This document shows, piece after piece, positions 11,246 to 23,759 of a stretch of 64,000 bases of DNA (position 1 is the stretch's first letter; every line of letters starts with the position of its first letter). The DNA comes from Octopus sinensis (taxonomy: Eukaryota), in contig NC_043003.1 in the NCBI RefSeq assembly GCF_006345805.1, positions 58,962,001 through 59,026,000 of the forward strand, read 5' to 3'. Position numbers and translations under genes: made by a program. Under the pieces are notes generated by a model that saw nothing but the letters and a program-made list of their open reading frames with translations, was not told the origin of the DNA and did no database searches.

Positions 11246-11625
11246 AAGCACTCCGTCGGTTTCGACGACGAGGGTTCCGGTTGATCCGAATCAACGGAAC
11301 AGCCTGTTCGTGAAATTAACGTGTAAGTGGCTGAGCACTCCACAGACACGTGTACCCTTAACGTAGTTCTCGGGGATATTCAGCGTGACACAGAGAGTGA
11401 CAAGGCCAGCCCATTGAAATACAGGTACAACAGAAACAGGAAGTAAGAGTGAGAGAAAGTTGTGGTGAAAGAGTACAGCAGGGAACGCCACCATCCCCTG
11501 CCGGAGCCTCGTGGAACTTTAGGTGTTTTCGCTCAATAAACACTCACAATGCCCGGTCTGGGAATCGAAACCGCGATCCTATGACCGCGAGTCCGCTGCC
11601 CTAACCACTGGGCCATTGCGCCTCC
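11246..11625 (-). mobile_element. SINE sharing the family D 3' module but with a different 5' and middle region; TSD-flanked
   Basis: Head ggaggcgcaatggcccagtggttaggg...gtttcgattccc. TSD actRagcatgattacgt at 11221-11237 and 11626-11642 (one mismatch). Confidence 0.9.
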
Positions 11626-11769
11626 ACTAAGCATGATTACGTAAACAATCATAAGCCAAATAAGACTGTGCACCATGATTTTTCCCTTGGGTAGCGACTG
11701 TTATTTTCTATTTGCTTACCCCTAGAAAGTGTGCAGAATGGCGATTTCTTTCAAACTTTACTTTTCTTA

Positions 11770-11950
11770 CATTTGTTCAAACCCCAAAGAATCCCTCTCA
11801 GCACATGGATATGATTCTCCCCCACTTCTCCTGGTCCTCATCAGAGATGCACATAGTGTTAGCCACTTAGGGACATGCTCAAGTGGTTAAAGTCAAGCAA
11901 CTGACAAGCAAATCTGTGGTATTATTGAGCAGAATATTTGCTACAACGAT
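11770..11950. mobile_element. Fragment of retroposon family G
   Basis: aaagaatccc...cacatgg.tatgat...gggacatgctca...gacaagcaaatctgtg...gcagaatat is shared with 48230-48360. Confidence 0.7.
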
Positions 11951-12420
11951 ATTTCTGCTCCTGCAACACAGCGCTGAATCTGTCTGAAATGTAATGGAAA
12001 ATAGGCCAGTTTTAAAACATTGATGTCCAGGTTATAAATGCAAAGCTTGAAGGGAATAGCATTTTTCTTTGATTTCTAGATAGAAGAAAATATGATAACA
12101 GTTACTTGGTTAAACTGTTACATAGTGTAATGAATTCATCTGCTTAGATTACTGTTTGTATGGATAAGTTTATATCAATAGATATATGTACGCTAGATTT
12201 AGAATTTATCAGAGAAGCTACTGATACAAGAAAGTTGTTAACTATGCATTATACGGCATCTATGCTTATAGGCAGTGTGTAAAAGAATGTGCGTCAAGAG
12301 ATAGACAAAACGTCCTATGAAGAGCCATCAAAACAATACTATAGCGTATACAATAAGAACTACCCATCTTTGTCACGACTGTGCTAAAACATTTAAGTAC
12401 CCCATTCGTGCTGCCAATCA

Positions 12421-12421
12421 T

Positions 12422-12491
<70 letters not shown>

Positions 12492-12492
12492 A

Positions 12493-12589
<97 letters not shown>

Positions 12590-12590
12590 G
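12421..12590. repeat. (TATC)n microsatellite
   Basis: Direct reading. Confidence 0.97.
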
Positions 12591-12599
12591 CTATGATAG

Positions 12600-12775
12600 A
12601 TCGTTAGCCACAACACACATTTTTTCTCTCCTTGTTTTTTCTGTGTACCTTTCTGTAGAAGAGCGTAGGCTCGAAACGTAAAATACTTTTTCTATTCCTG
12701 AGCGTTATACTAACACATCTGTTTGTTTTGTACACCACCTGTCTTCGTCTTTTGTTTTTTTCGTAAACTTTCCCA
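12600..12775 (+). mobile_element. PLE pseudo-LTR-like repeat (family F) with a minimal type-I hammerhead motif at 12649-12684
   Basis: cttt-ctgtaga-a-gagc-gtag-gctc-gaaac-gta-aaat (core A6>U). Homologous copy at 36675-36880. Confidence 0.75.
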
Positions 12776-12884
<109 letters not shown>

Positions 12885-12959
12885 GTCTGTCTGTCTGTCT
12901 ATCTATCTCTCTATCTATCTATCTATCTATCTAACCATCTATCTATCTGTCTGTCTGTC

Positions 12960-13181
12960 TGTCTGTCTGAAAATCTGTATGTGTGCGTGTATGTGTATGA
13001 ATATGTATATGTACGTAAGAGTGGCTATATGGGTGCGCCTGCGCGTGTGGGAGAGGGAGAGGAAAGAAAGAAAAGAGAGAGTGGGGAGAGAGAAGAGAGT
13101 AAGGGAAGAGGTGGAGAGGGCAGGGGAGAGTGAGGAAAGAGAGTGGGGAGAGCGAGAGAGTGTGTATGTGTGTGTGTCTCT
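12960..13181. repeat. Low-complexity segment duplicated nearly identically at 23436-23657
   Basis: ctgaaaat.tgtatgtgtg...gtacgtaagagtggctatatgggtgcgcctgcgcgtgtggg...ggaaagagagtgggg occurs in both places. Confidence 0.9.
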
Positions 13182-13506
13182 CAGAGTTTATTTTTGACTT
13201 TTCTTTAAATTGACATCAGAATAGATTAATGGGGGTTTTGTTTTCAGTGGCATGTTTCCAGTTGTCAATACGAACACATGCAAACAACCATACGCATTTA
13301 GGTGCTCAAACACACATATACATACACATATGTATTATGTATATATGTATATATATATATATAATATATATATATATACATACATTAATATATATACGTT
13401 TGTGTGTGCGTGTACACACACTCACATATGTATATATGCATACATATAAGACCGTAATAGTACACACGTGCTTTTATATATATAATATATATATTATATA
13501 TATATA

Positions 13507-13540
<34 letters not shown>

Positions 13541-13642
13541 CCATGTATATGTATATAGGTATATATATATATGTATGCATATATTTTTATTTATCTCCTA
13601 TATATATATATATATTATATATGCATATATTTTTATTTATCT

Positions 13643-13678
<36 letters not shown>

Positions 13679-14522
13679 TACACACCCAGTTATACGTTTG
13701 TGTGTTTGTGTGTATGTGTGTGTGCATGTGTGTGTGTGTGGCTTTTTTTTTGATATTTCGGTTCATTCATACAACGTTATTGGTTGCTTCACCTTGTCTT
13801 CCTGATTGCATTGAAAGATATTTCTAATTTCAATTAGCTATTAGCCAAATATTCATAACGTATGAAAGACACTGAAAAACAAAAGGTTAAGTTCCTGATC
13901 AAGGTCTAGTTCTCCCTACAATATCTGCTGCTGGGTGATATGAATGACCTTTAATATTCACGGCGTTGCTTTTGTAAGTACAGAATTTTAAACTATGGCA
14001 AAAATTCATGTTGACGCTATAAAGAGAAATAATTGTAGGAGATAAAAATTATTAGAACTGCTTACTTTACAGAATTAGTTTGAAACCAATTATAAAATTA
14101 TATTTGTGAGTATCAAAGCTTAATATATGCTAATTAATCTCTTACTGAATTCACTTGAATAATATAACTTCATACGCATAAGTAACTGTGTAAACTTATG
14201 CCTCAGTTCTTCTTTCTTTATGTGGAACCAAATGTTCCTCGTTTTTAAACGTCATTAGTCTTAAGAAATTTCTTTTTCATGAAATGCAATGACTCATCGC
14301 ATTGATATTTTATGCAATTTTCACAAAAGTTCAATGGGCGATAGAATGAAATTCTTTAAATTAAGACGATATATGATGTTTTTACAGCCGATCAGAGTCG
14401 ATTTTCTGCCTAAATAAACTAAAGATGAAATGAACGGATAGTTAAGGTATTCGACGATTGATGTGTTGTAAGTTCAAATCCGCTCTAGTAGATATTTTGG
14501 TATGTTTATATGCTAACAACAT

Positions 14523-14558
<36 letters not shown>

Positions 14559-15061
14559 CACACACACACACACACACACACACACATCCACACACACACA
14601 CACACACATGTTTGTGTTAAGTATGTGTGTTCTCTATTGTTTTTAATTATTTGAACTCATCCTTTGAGGAAGGAGCTGGTTTCTAACAAAGATACGAAAC
14701 TCCATCCTTGAAATGTAGATAACAAAAGCAATATTATAATTGAATCTGAGAAAGTCTTGTATATTCTTACTGTTCTTATTGCAAGTTGTACTTGTGATAT
14801 GCGCGTTGGTTGATTTCTTTTCTGAAAACCTTAACTTAATCGAACTGTCAGAAGACCAAGTACATCAATTGTTATTGGATTAAATATGAATTTATACTCT
14901 GATATAGAAGTATTTGTCTATAGTTATCTTTTGTCTCTATAGTTATGTTTTTTCTCTTTGAATTTCAAAGAGATATTTGGATTAGCAGTACAATTGACCT
15001 ATATGACAGTACATACATTTTTTTGTCTGTCCCAAACATTAATGTCGGACCTGTTATGTTT

Positions 15062-15475
15062 CCACTTACTCTTTTTTCTTTTTACTCTTTCTACATGCTT
15101 CAGTCATTTGACTGCGGCCATGCTGGAGCACCGCATTTAGTCGAGCAAGTCGACCCCAAACTTTATTCTTTGTAAGCCTAGTACTTATTCTATCGGTTTC
15201 TTTTGCCGAACTACTAAGTAACGGGGACGTAAACACACCAGCATCGGTTGTCAAGCGATACTGGGGGAAAAACACAGACACACACACACATATATATATA
15301 TACATATATACGACGGGCTTCTTTTAGTTTCCCTCTACTAAATCCACTCACAAAGCTTTGGTCGGCCCGAGGCTAGAGTAGAAACACTTGCCCAAGGTGC
15401 CACGCAGTGGGACTGAACCTGGAACCATGTGGTTGGTAAGCAAGCTACTTACCACACTGCCACTCCTACGCCTAT
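15062..15475 (-). mobile_element. SINE family C, full length, with an internal (TA/TG) microsatellite
   Basis: Head taggcgtaggagtggcagtgtggtaagtagcttgc...ggttcagtccc; tail ggtgctccagcatggccgcagtcaaatgactgaa followed by (aaagagt)-like repeats. Confidence 0.92.
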
Positions 15476-15778
15476 ATATTTTGACGGGAATGTTCGAGCA
15501 ACATTCCTTGTGTAGGTGTTTGGGTATGTATTCAATAACAAGGGACTCTTTATATTTATTCCAGGCACATTTTCGAATGACATTGTACAATGTTTTTTGT
15601 GACCTCGGCGTGTCGTATAGGAAGGAAATACTTGCTCGACTAAAGGCGATGACTCTTTTTGGGCAATTTTTGTGCACGTAAGTAAGCATGTATATTATTT
15701 ATAGATTCGTGGTCGAGATGACTCCGGTCATTTGATGAGATGCCTACGAATCTTTGAGTTGTGTGATGCTGAGTCAAA

Positions 15779-15779
15779 G

Positions 15780-15873
<94 letters not shown>

Positions 15874-15905
15874 CCTATCTATCAGTCTGTCTATCTGTCT
15901 GTTCA

Positions 15906-15950
<45 letters not shown>
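15779..15950. repeat. (TATC)n/(TGTC)n compound microsatellite
   Basis: Direct reading. Confidence 0.95.
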
Positions 15951-15953
<3 letters not shown>

Positions 15954-16325
15954 ACTATCTTTGCTTCCTTCAGATCAGCTTTCTTGGTGTGGAGCAGCCC
16001 GGCACGATACCCGTTTACTCATTATTCATCTGAATGTATCTCTTGTAATGATCCTGAAGGAATAAATTCATGTAACCTGTTCATAACTTAAACATTACAT
16101 CCATGATCCCCACGGGACGTTAACAATATACAATTCTCGCTGGTAGGAATGAAGTTTCTAAAATGGGAGATAGAGGAATTCAAAGAGTTGCTTCGGTACA
16201 ATTGTAGAGCACCTGTCATGCCTACAGGAAATGCTGGGTCGAGTCAGAAGGGCAGCCTTCAACTTTTTCTTTCCTAAAGGGTTTTACAAGCCAATATTTA
16301 CACTCTATTATTAAAGCATTATAAG

Positions 16326-16540
16326 ACGGCGAGCTGCCAGAATCGTTAACACGCTGGGCAAAATGCTTAGCGCCTTTTCGTCTGTTTTTACGTTCTGAGT
16401 TCAAATTCCACTGAGGTCGACCTTTGCCTTTTAGCCTTTTGGAGTGGATGAAGTAAGTACCAGTTGAGTACTGGGTTCGAAGTATTCGAATCATCCCCTC
16501 ACACCCCCAAATTGCTGGCCTTGTGTCAAAATTTGAAAAC
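16326..16540 (+). mobile_element. SINE family A subtype
   Basis: gacggcgagctgccagaatcgttaacacgc...gttcaaattcc...ccttgtgtcaaaatttgaaaac. Confidence 0.88.
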
Positions 16541-17534
16541 ACTATTAAACCTTTATATGTACTTGGGAAACTAAGTCTAAAGAAAGAACTATTCCATTTT
16601 TTCTTGAAAGTTTATCAATTCTTATGACGTCATAACACACTCTTACACACACGCACACACATATACACATACATAAATATGAGGTAATAATGGTCAAATA
16701 GATCGTGGTCATTAGTTCCTTATCTATCAGCATACAATCGGTTAGTGTAAAACATTCAAAATAGATATTCAACAAATATATAATGACTTATAAATATTTA
16801 ATGCATGCAAAACGAAATACTGTGCTCCTAGTAGCAATTAATATGTACGTACCAGGTGCCAGAGATGTTGATAATAGTTAAATTGGTATACCCAGTAGCG
16901 CAACGTGTTCGTACATGGTTAATGGATTAGATGTGGCGTTGAAGAAGGGGCAATAACTACCGAAATATGTATATACACCCATCCATTATCTATTTTAATA
17001 TCGTTGATTGCACTGTTCACATAAACGTATTTGTATAAGAAACGTCGAAAACTTCAGTGCTAGCTCTAAAGTCTATAGAAAATCTGTAGACATAATTTAA
17101 AAGTGATTATGTTATAGGCATACACACACACTCACACACAGACACACACACACACACATACACACACACACATATATATATACATATATACCACACACAT
17201 ATACATATACATATAATATATTTATTTATGTTCTCATGCATATTCATATATTATATATATATATATATATATAATATATATTATATATATATACATACAT
17301 ATATACATATATGTATACGTGTGGTAATGTATAAATATGTCTGTGTGTGTGTATGCTTGAGTGTGTGTGTCTTGCGCGGGTATATGTTCTGAGGAAGGCG
17401 ATGAAGCCGCACCTCCGAAGTTACCTTTACCATGGCGAAATTTAATAAACATATATTCTAATAAAACTAAATAATCTTTCAGGTTAACCTTAAATTACTT
17501 TTATATATATATATTACTTGAGATAAAAGTATAC

Positions 17535-17535
17535 A

Positions 17536-17566
<31 letters not shown>

Positions 17567-17680
17567 CATACACACATACATACATACATACATACATACA
17601 TACATACATACATACATACATACATACATACATACATACATACATACATACGAACGTACATACGTACATACATACATATC
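17535..17680. repeat. (TACA)n microsatellite
   Basis: Direct reading. Confidence 0.95.
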
Positions 17681-18198
17681 CAAAATTTAGGAATGTTGGT
17701 TAATATTATATTCTAAATGTTGCAAGACATCATTCTTCTTATTTCATATTTGATAGTTTTACTCATTCTTCCTCACAGCAATGGCTATTAAATTAGATAT
17801 TAGTATTCTAGTTAGGCGGGTTGAATTGACTATACTTCCGCCTACTAATTAGGTTACATGCGTAATCAAAACTAATTATTATACTAAGAAACAGTGAGAT
17901 ATTCGCTGTTACAGTTAACATTTATATATCACATAAGGCATTCAATTTTCTTAAAATATATGCACAGAACAAGGAAGGTGTCTCGCTAATATTTAAGCTC
18001 TGACAGCACCCTTAATTAGCGTTGTGTAAAGTTTAATGAAAATTGAACTACTGGAGGTAACATGTTGAATCATTAAGAGATTTCTTGGTACAAAGGCCTT
18101 AATTTTTCTACTGAACTTTTAATGATTTTCTACTCAAATCAGATAAATGGAATTCCGTATTCTAGAAAGTTCTGAAAGTGAGAATAATTAATACTTAC

Positions 18199-18270
18199 GG
18201 GCAATATGGATTTGACATAATTTTAACGAACGTCATAGCGAATGCACCTCTAATTTGCGGTTTCGTGCAT
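18199..18270 (-). CDS. Candidate internal coding exon (CTKPQIRGAFAMTFVKIMSNPYC), unknown protein
   Basis: Acceptor ttacttttcgaaattttatag and donor CCC|gtaagt. The frame stays open exactly to the donor and stops immediately after. No homology recognised. Confidence 0.3.
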
Positions 18271-18605
18271 CTATAAAATTTCGAAAAGTAATTTGTAGGA
18301 ACCGAGGAGATATACTTCCACGGAAGTGAATATGAAGAAGTGATTATGTTCGTTAATAATTTATTCGAAACCAACGTATTGATTGCAGCATAAAGTTGGC
18401 AAGTTGCAAACATTCTTGCAAATGATGTTATCTACGACTATACACATCTCGCGTACATGGGAGCAGACTTAAATACACACACACATTCACATATATATTA
18501 TATACACACGCGTGCGCACTCAAATACACACCTTTATATATATATATATATACACATACATATATACGCATAGACAAACACACACACGCACACACACACA
18601 CACAC

Positions 18606-18694
<89 letters not shown>

Positions 18695-19431
18695 CGCAAG
18701 TGCATATGTACAAATAAAAGGGAATGGGTGCTCTGTACTAAAAGATGACTGATATTAGATTTTATTGACTCATGAAAAGTTTCACAAATTGGCGAGTTTC
18801 ACGCTGCCGATCTACAAACGAAATATGAAGCAGATGTAACAGCGTGACAGTAACAACTAAACACGCACACGCGCACACAAATACACAGAGATACATGTAA
18901 GAATATGCGTGCGTGTATGAGCTTTATCTATGCATGCGTATGTGTGTATGGAGACAGTGTACATGAGTGTTCTTAAGAGCTTCTATGCTTCTGTGTATTT
19001 CTAGAAGCAAAATTCTTTCAATAATATTATCTGAGGTATTTGTTCGTCCCTTGAATCTCTATCCACTTTTTACGTTTTTGTCTTACGAAAATGTTGCAAT
19101 ACTTAGCAAAGTACGGGTATCTGGCATCGATACAACACCCTAAAACATCTTTCAAGAGGTAAATCTTGTATGGTTGCAGTCCAATGATTGATAGCAATGA
19201 TAGAATACCTCAAACATGCATGCATATATACTTAAATATTTACATGTGTGTGTGCATATGTGTGTGTGTGTTTGTACATGCGTATATGCTTACATGCACC
19301 TATGTATGTATGTTGCATGTACGTATGTGTGTAGATAGATGGGGAGAGAGGAGGGGAAGTGAAAGAGATAGTGTGTGGACATGTGTGTATATGTGCGTTT
19401 GTATGTGCGCGTGTGTATGTGTGTGTGTGTG

Positions 19432-19640
19432 TGTGTCTGTTTGTCCCCCCGACATCGCTTGACAACCGATGCTGGTGTGTTTACGTCCCCGTAACTTAGC
19501 GGTTCAGCATAAGAAACCGATAGAATAAGTACTAGGCTCACAAAGAATAAGTCCTGGGTCGATTTCTTCGACTAAAGGCGGTGATCCATCATGGCCACAG
19601 TGAAATGACTGAAACAAGTAAAAGAGTAAAGAGTAAAGAG
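19432..19640 (+). mobile_element. SINE family C 3' half
   Basis: gtttgtccccccgacatcgcttgacaaccgatgctggtgtgtttacgtccccgtaacttagcgg...gactgaaacaagtaaaagagtaaagag. Confidence 0.9.
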
Positions 19641-20298
19641 TACCTATCTACACGAACAGAAGAAGAGTATAAAACGTAAAACTGATAATCTTAACAGGAG
19701 TATTCTACATCTTTGGCATACTCATAAGAAGCAGGTTGTAGCAACTCTACTACAAATATATTATTTGAGTGAATTTGTATCATATATTTTAAATGTTTAG
19801 TATCTTAAACACATACATACTTACATATCTGTAGATAATAAGTTAAATATTTTATACATTAATTAATAAATTTATTGATCTGTTAAGGATTATTATCACT
19901 TTGAAGTTATCTCTACAGGTTTTCTATAACATTTAGAGACGATTACGTCTATGCAAACAGTGCGGTTGAAGATAGGAAAATAGGTAATGGATGTGTAAAA
20001 AATCCGTAGATAACAAAAGTGATTGAATAGCACTGCTTGTACAAAAAGTAGGGCTTTTATATATTTAATGTCCTTGATAGCATTTTGTGGTTACAAAAGG
20101 AAGAACGGTAACCCTACCAGCAATTTAACATAACATAATAAATGTTTATAATTATGTATCTATGTGTGTGTGTGTATGTGTGCCTATATATACGCTTAAC
20201 ATATGTTTCTATTCAATGCGATTTTAGCCCATTGTTTACGCGGTATTATTTGTAGCTTTATCTTCACCGAGTTCCCCATTAAAACGAATAATACATAC

Positions 20299-20329
<31 letters not shown>

Positions 20330-20725
20330 ATAGATATATATATATATATATTATATATTATATATATATATATATATTATATATATATATATATATATTT
20401 GTTGTGTGTGTGTGTGTGTGTGTGTTGTGGTGTGTGTGCGTGTATATATATATATAACATATATAGTGAATAAACAAAGAGGGGTAATCCCGAACTGACA
20501 AAAAACCTAGTTTTATAATGTATCAATCAATACTAGGGTCCGATCTGCGTTTATAGATCAACTGGTCTGAACAAATAATAGCGTAATGGGAAACAAACAA
20601 TCAATAAGTTAGCTCTAGCATGTTTGTGCTGTTCAAATATGAACCTATGGCTCCAGAAAGTGTACCACTGAGCTGATAATGATATATTTACGCATTTTGC
20701 CATAAACAAGTGCGTATATATATAT

Positions 20726-21337
20726 TCATGGTGCAGACTCCTTTACTCATGTGAGGCATGGACTCTTTACAGACGTCAAAGAACTTTGAACGCTTTCCTC
20801 AGAGATGTCTGAGAAACATTCTGAATATTGCCTGGACCTTATAAACTCCAGACACACAGGTCTTAAGAAAAGCTGATATCTTGAGTAATAAGGCGCGATG
20901 GTGCACAACCACCGGTTACGCTGGAATGGACACCTTATTAGAATGAAGGATTGCAGGATTCCTAAACAGACGCTATATGGGGAAAGAGACCCCGGCAGAA
21001 ACCAAGGCTGCGATTTAAAGACTGTGTCAAGTCCTCATTGTGATACGCAGGAGACCCACTGGCAGAGCAATGCCTGTCATCGCCACAGATGGTGGAAGCG
21101 GGTTAAGGAGGAGGTCGACAATTTTGAAAGAGCACGTAATCTCCATGAAGTATTTAAGCGTGCTGCTCGAAAGCGCATTGCTGGCTTGCTGAATAGAGAA
21201 AGCTTGGTTTGCAATGTTTGCAGTCGTATATGCTTGCCAAGAGCGGGGCCGCAAATACAAAATATAAGTAACTCCTAGAACGCACAATGCTCCTAAACGT
21301 CAGCAATGGACCTCCTCGGTCACGCGTGGACGGCCAT
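20726..21337 (+). mobile_element. RTE-type LINE 3' fragment (decayed), followed by an (ATCT)n tail
   Basis: Translates to YSCEAWTLYRR...ERF.QRCLRNILNI.W...HRLRWNGHLIRMKDCRIPKQTLYGE...RFKD, a typical RTE RT C-terminus. Confidence 0.88.
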
Positions 21338-21341
21338 CATA

Positions 21342-21410
<69 letters not shown>

Positions 21411-21467
21411 CTATCTATCTATCTATCTATTATCTATGTATCCTTCCATCCATCCATCCATCCATCC

Positions 21468-21529
<62 letters not shown>

Positions 21530-22002
21530 TTATCTATCTATCTATATCTTAAAATACACTCTCATATACTCATATGTCCATATATACACACACACACACA
21601 TACAAAGCCATATATCTGTATTAGATTTTGCTTGTAAGCTATGTACAAAAGGATAGTCTATAATAATGATATCATTTACAGTTCATTTATTAATTCAGCA
21701 AGGTTTTAAAATATTTTTTCAATACAAAAAAAGAAAAAAATTCAACTGGATGTACCAACATTTTATCATCAAATGCCCGAGATTTAAGCATTTGAAAATT
21801 TTCTCCTGACACCCGTCATGCACAAATGAGTAGAATGCATGGTTCTTAGCATCCAAGTACATTATGTCATGTGTCGCCTTTCATATTGTTGTGACTCATA
21901 TCAACTTCGTATAACTATAATTAACGAATGTTATATGGATTTACCAATTTCACTAATGCTATTATGAAAAGGTTATGGGAGATGCACTGAGATGGTGTGT
22001 AC

Positions 22003-22135
22003 AGGCGAAGACATAGGTGTGTGGTAAAAATATTGCTTCCCAACAGCATGATTCCGGGATCAGTCTCCTATAGCCTCCGGCCGACGAAAGCCTCGTGAGC
22101 AGATTTGCTAGACGGAAACTGAAAGAAGCACGTTG

Positions 22136-22142
<7 letters not shown>
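22003..22142 (+). mobile_element. SINE family C 5' half
   Basis: aggcgaagacataggtgtgtggtaaaaatattgcttcccaac...gacggaaactgaaagaagcacgttgtatg. Confidence 0.8.
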
Positions 22143-22179
<37 letters not shown>

Positions 22180-22181
22180 AT

Positions 22182-22212
<31 letters not shown>

Positions 22213-22214
22213 AG

Positions 22215-22495
22215 TAAGGAAAAATTTTTTAAAAAATCCAGAATGCTCAAATGAAAGAAAATTTTAATAAAATGAGAAATTGATAAAATATATAAATATA
22301 TATTTTCAACCGGTTTTCGTCATTGTATGACTTGTCAAGAATATTTATGTTTTAAGAAGTTTTTTTAAAAATTAGAAAGGGGAAAAAAAGAAAATTGCAT
22401 TGTTTTTTGTAAAAGAATAATGATAAAAATGTACAAAAATTAAAAAAATAAGTTCTCCGATACATTGTGAGTTCGTTGTCCATTTATTGATCTCT
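22215..22495 (-). mobile_element. PLE pseudo-LTR-like repeat with a hammerhead motif at 22305-22341 (U3-A8 core)
   Basis: Minus strand: ttc-ttgacaa-gtca-tacaa-tgac-gaaaac-cg-gtt-gaa. Confidence 0.6.
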
Positions 22496-22529
22496 CTCTC
22501 TATATATATATATATACATATATATATAT

Positions 22530-23270
22530 CCCAGAGCCTAAATCAATGAGGGACCTGGGTATCGACATGAGTGATGATAATTCTTTCCAAGTGCACATTA
22601 CCAGGATGGCGACAAAGTGCAGTCAACTGGCTGGCTGGATCCTGAGAATATTCAGAACCAGAGATAAGGAAACCATGATGGTCTTCTGGAGGACGTTCGT
22701 CCTCAGCCACCTGGATTACTGCTCACAGCTATGGTCACCCTCCAGTGCGAAATTAATAGCGGACCTTGAAGCAATCCAGAGAAGATTCTCAAAGAAGATA
22801 GTCTCATCTACTGGGAAAAGCTGAAACAACTAAGACTCTACTCTCTGGAGAGAAGGCGGTATACAGTAATATACATCTGGAAGGTCCTGGAAGGAATTGT
22901 GCCAAAGTTTGGCATTGAAAGTTACACCAATGCCCGAACGGGACGACACTGCATAGTGCCAAATATCCCAGCAACGCCATCGCGCTTCAGGACCAGTTAC
23001 TGCAACAGCCTGGGTTTCAAGGGCCCACGGCTTTTTAATACTCTCCCACAGAGCCCGAAGAACCTGCACAAAGTAGATGTAGGCGTTTTTATATCAAAGC
23101 TGGACCTCTTCCTGTCAAGGGTCTCAGATGAACCAACATCACAGCAAGAGGTGCAAATGAGGGTAGCTATATGAAACACCATTCTTCACCAAGGCTCTCA
23201 GTAATAACACTGTAGCAAAACGGCGGTTCATCAGCGTGGCCGTAGCTCTGAGCTGAAACTAGAGGAAAAA
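22530..23270 (+). mobile_element. CR1-type LINE 3' fragment with an intact 3' end
   Basis: MRDLGI...GWILRIFRTRD...SHLDYCSQLWSP...LEAIQRRF; LYSLERRR; SLGFKGPRLFNTLP; KLDLFLSRVSDEP. Confidence 0.93.
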
Positions 23271-23282
23271 TTATACACACAC

Positions 23283-23315
<33 letters not shown>

Positions 23316-23353
23316 TGTATGTATGTATGTATGTATGTATGTATGTATTATCT

Positions 23354-23424
<71 letters not shown>

Positions 23425-23435
23425 GTCTATCTGTC

Positions 23436-23655
23436 TGTCTGTCTGAAAATATGTATGTGTGTGTGTATGTGTTTGAATATGTATATGTACGTAAGAGTGG
23501 CTATATGGGTGCGCCTGCGCGTGTGGGGGAGGGAGAGGAAAGAAAGAAAAGAGAGAGTGGGGAGAGAGAAGAGAGTAAGGGAAGAGGTGGAGAGGGCAGG
23601 GGAGAGTGAGGAAAGAGAGTGGGGGAGCGAGAGAGTGTATGTGTGTGTGTGTCTC

Positions 23656-23657
<2 letters not shown>
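23436..23657. repeat. Second copy of the 12960-13181 segment
   Basis: Near-identical sequence read by eye. Confidence 0.9.
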
Positions 23658-23738
<81 letters not shown>

Positions 23739-23759
23739 GTCTGTCTCTATATATATATA

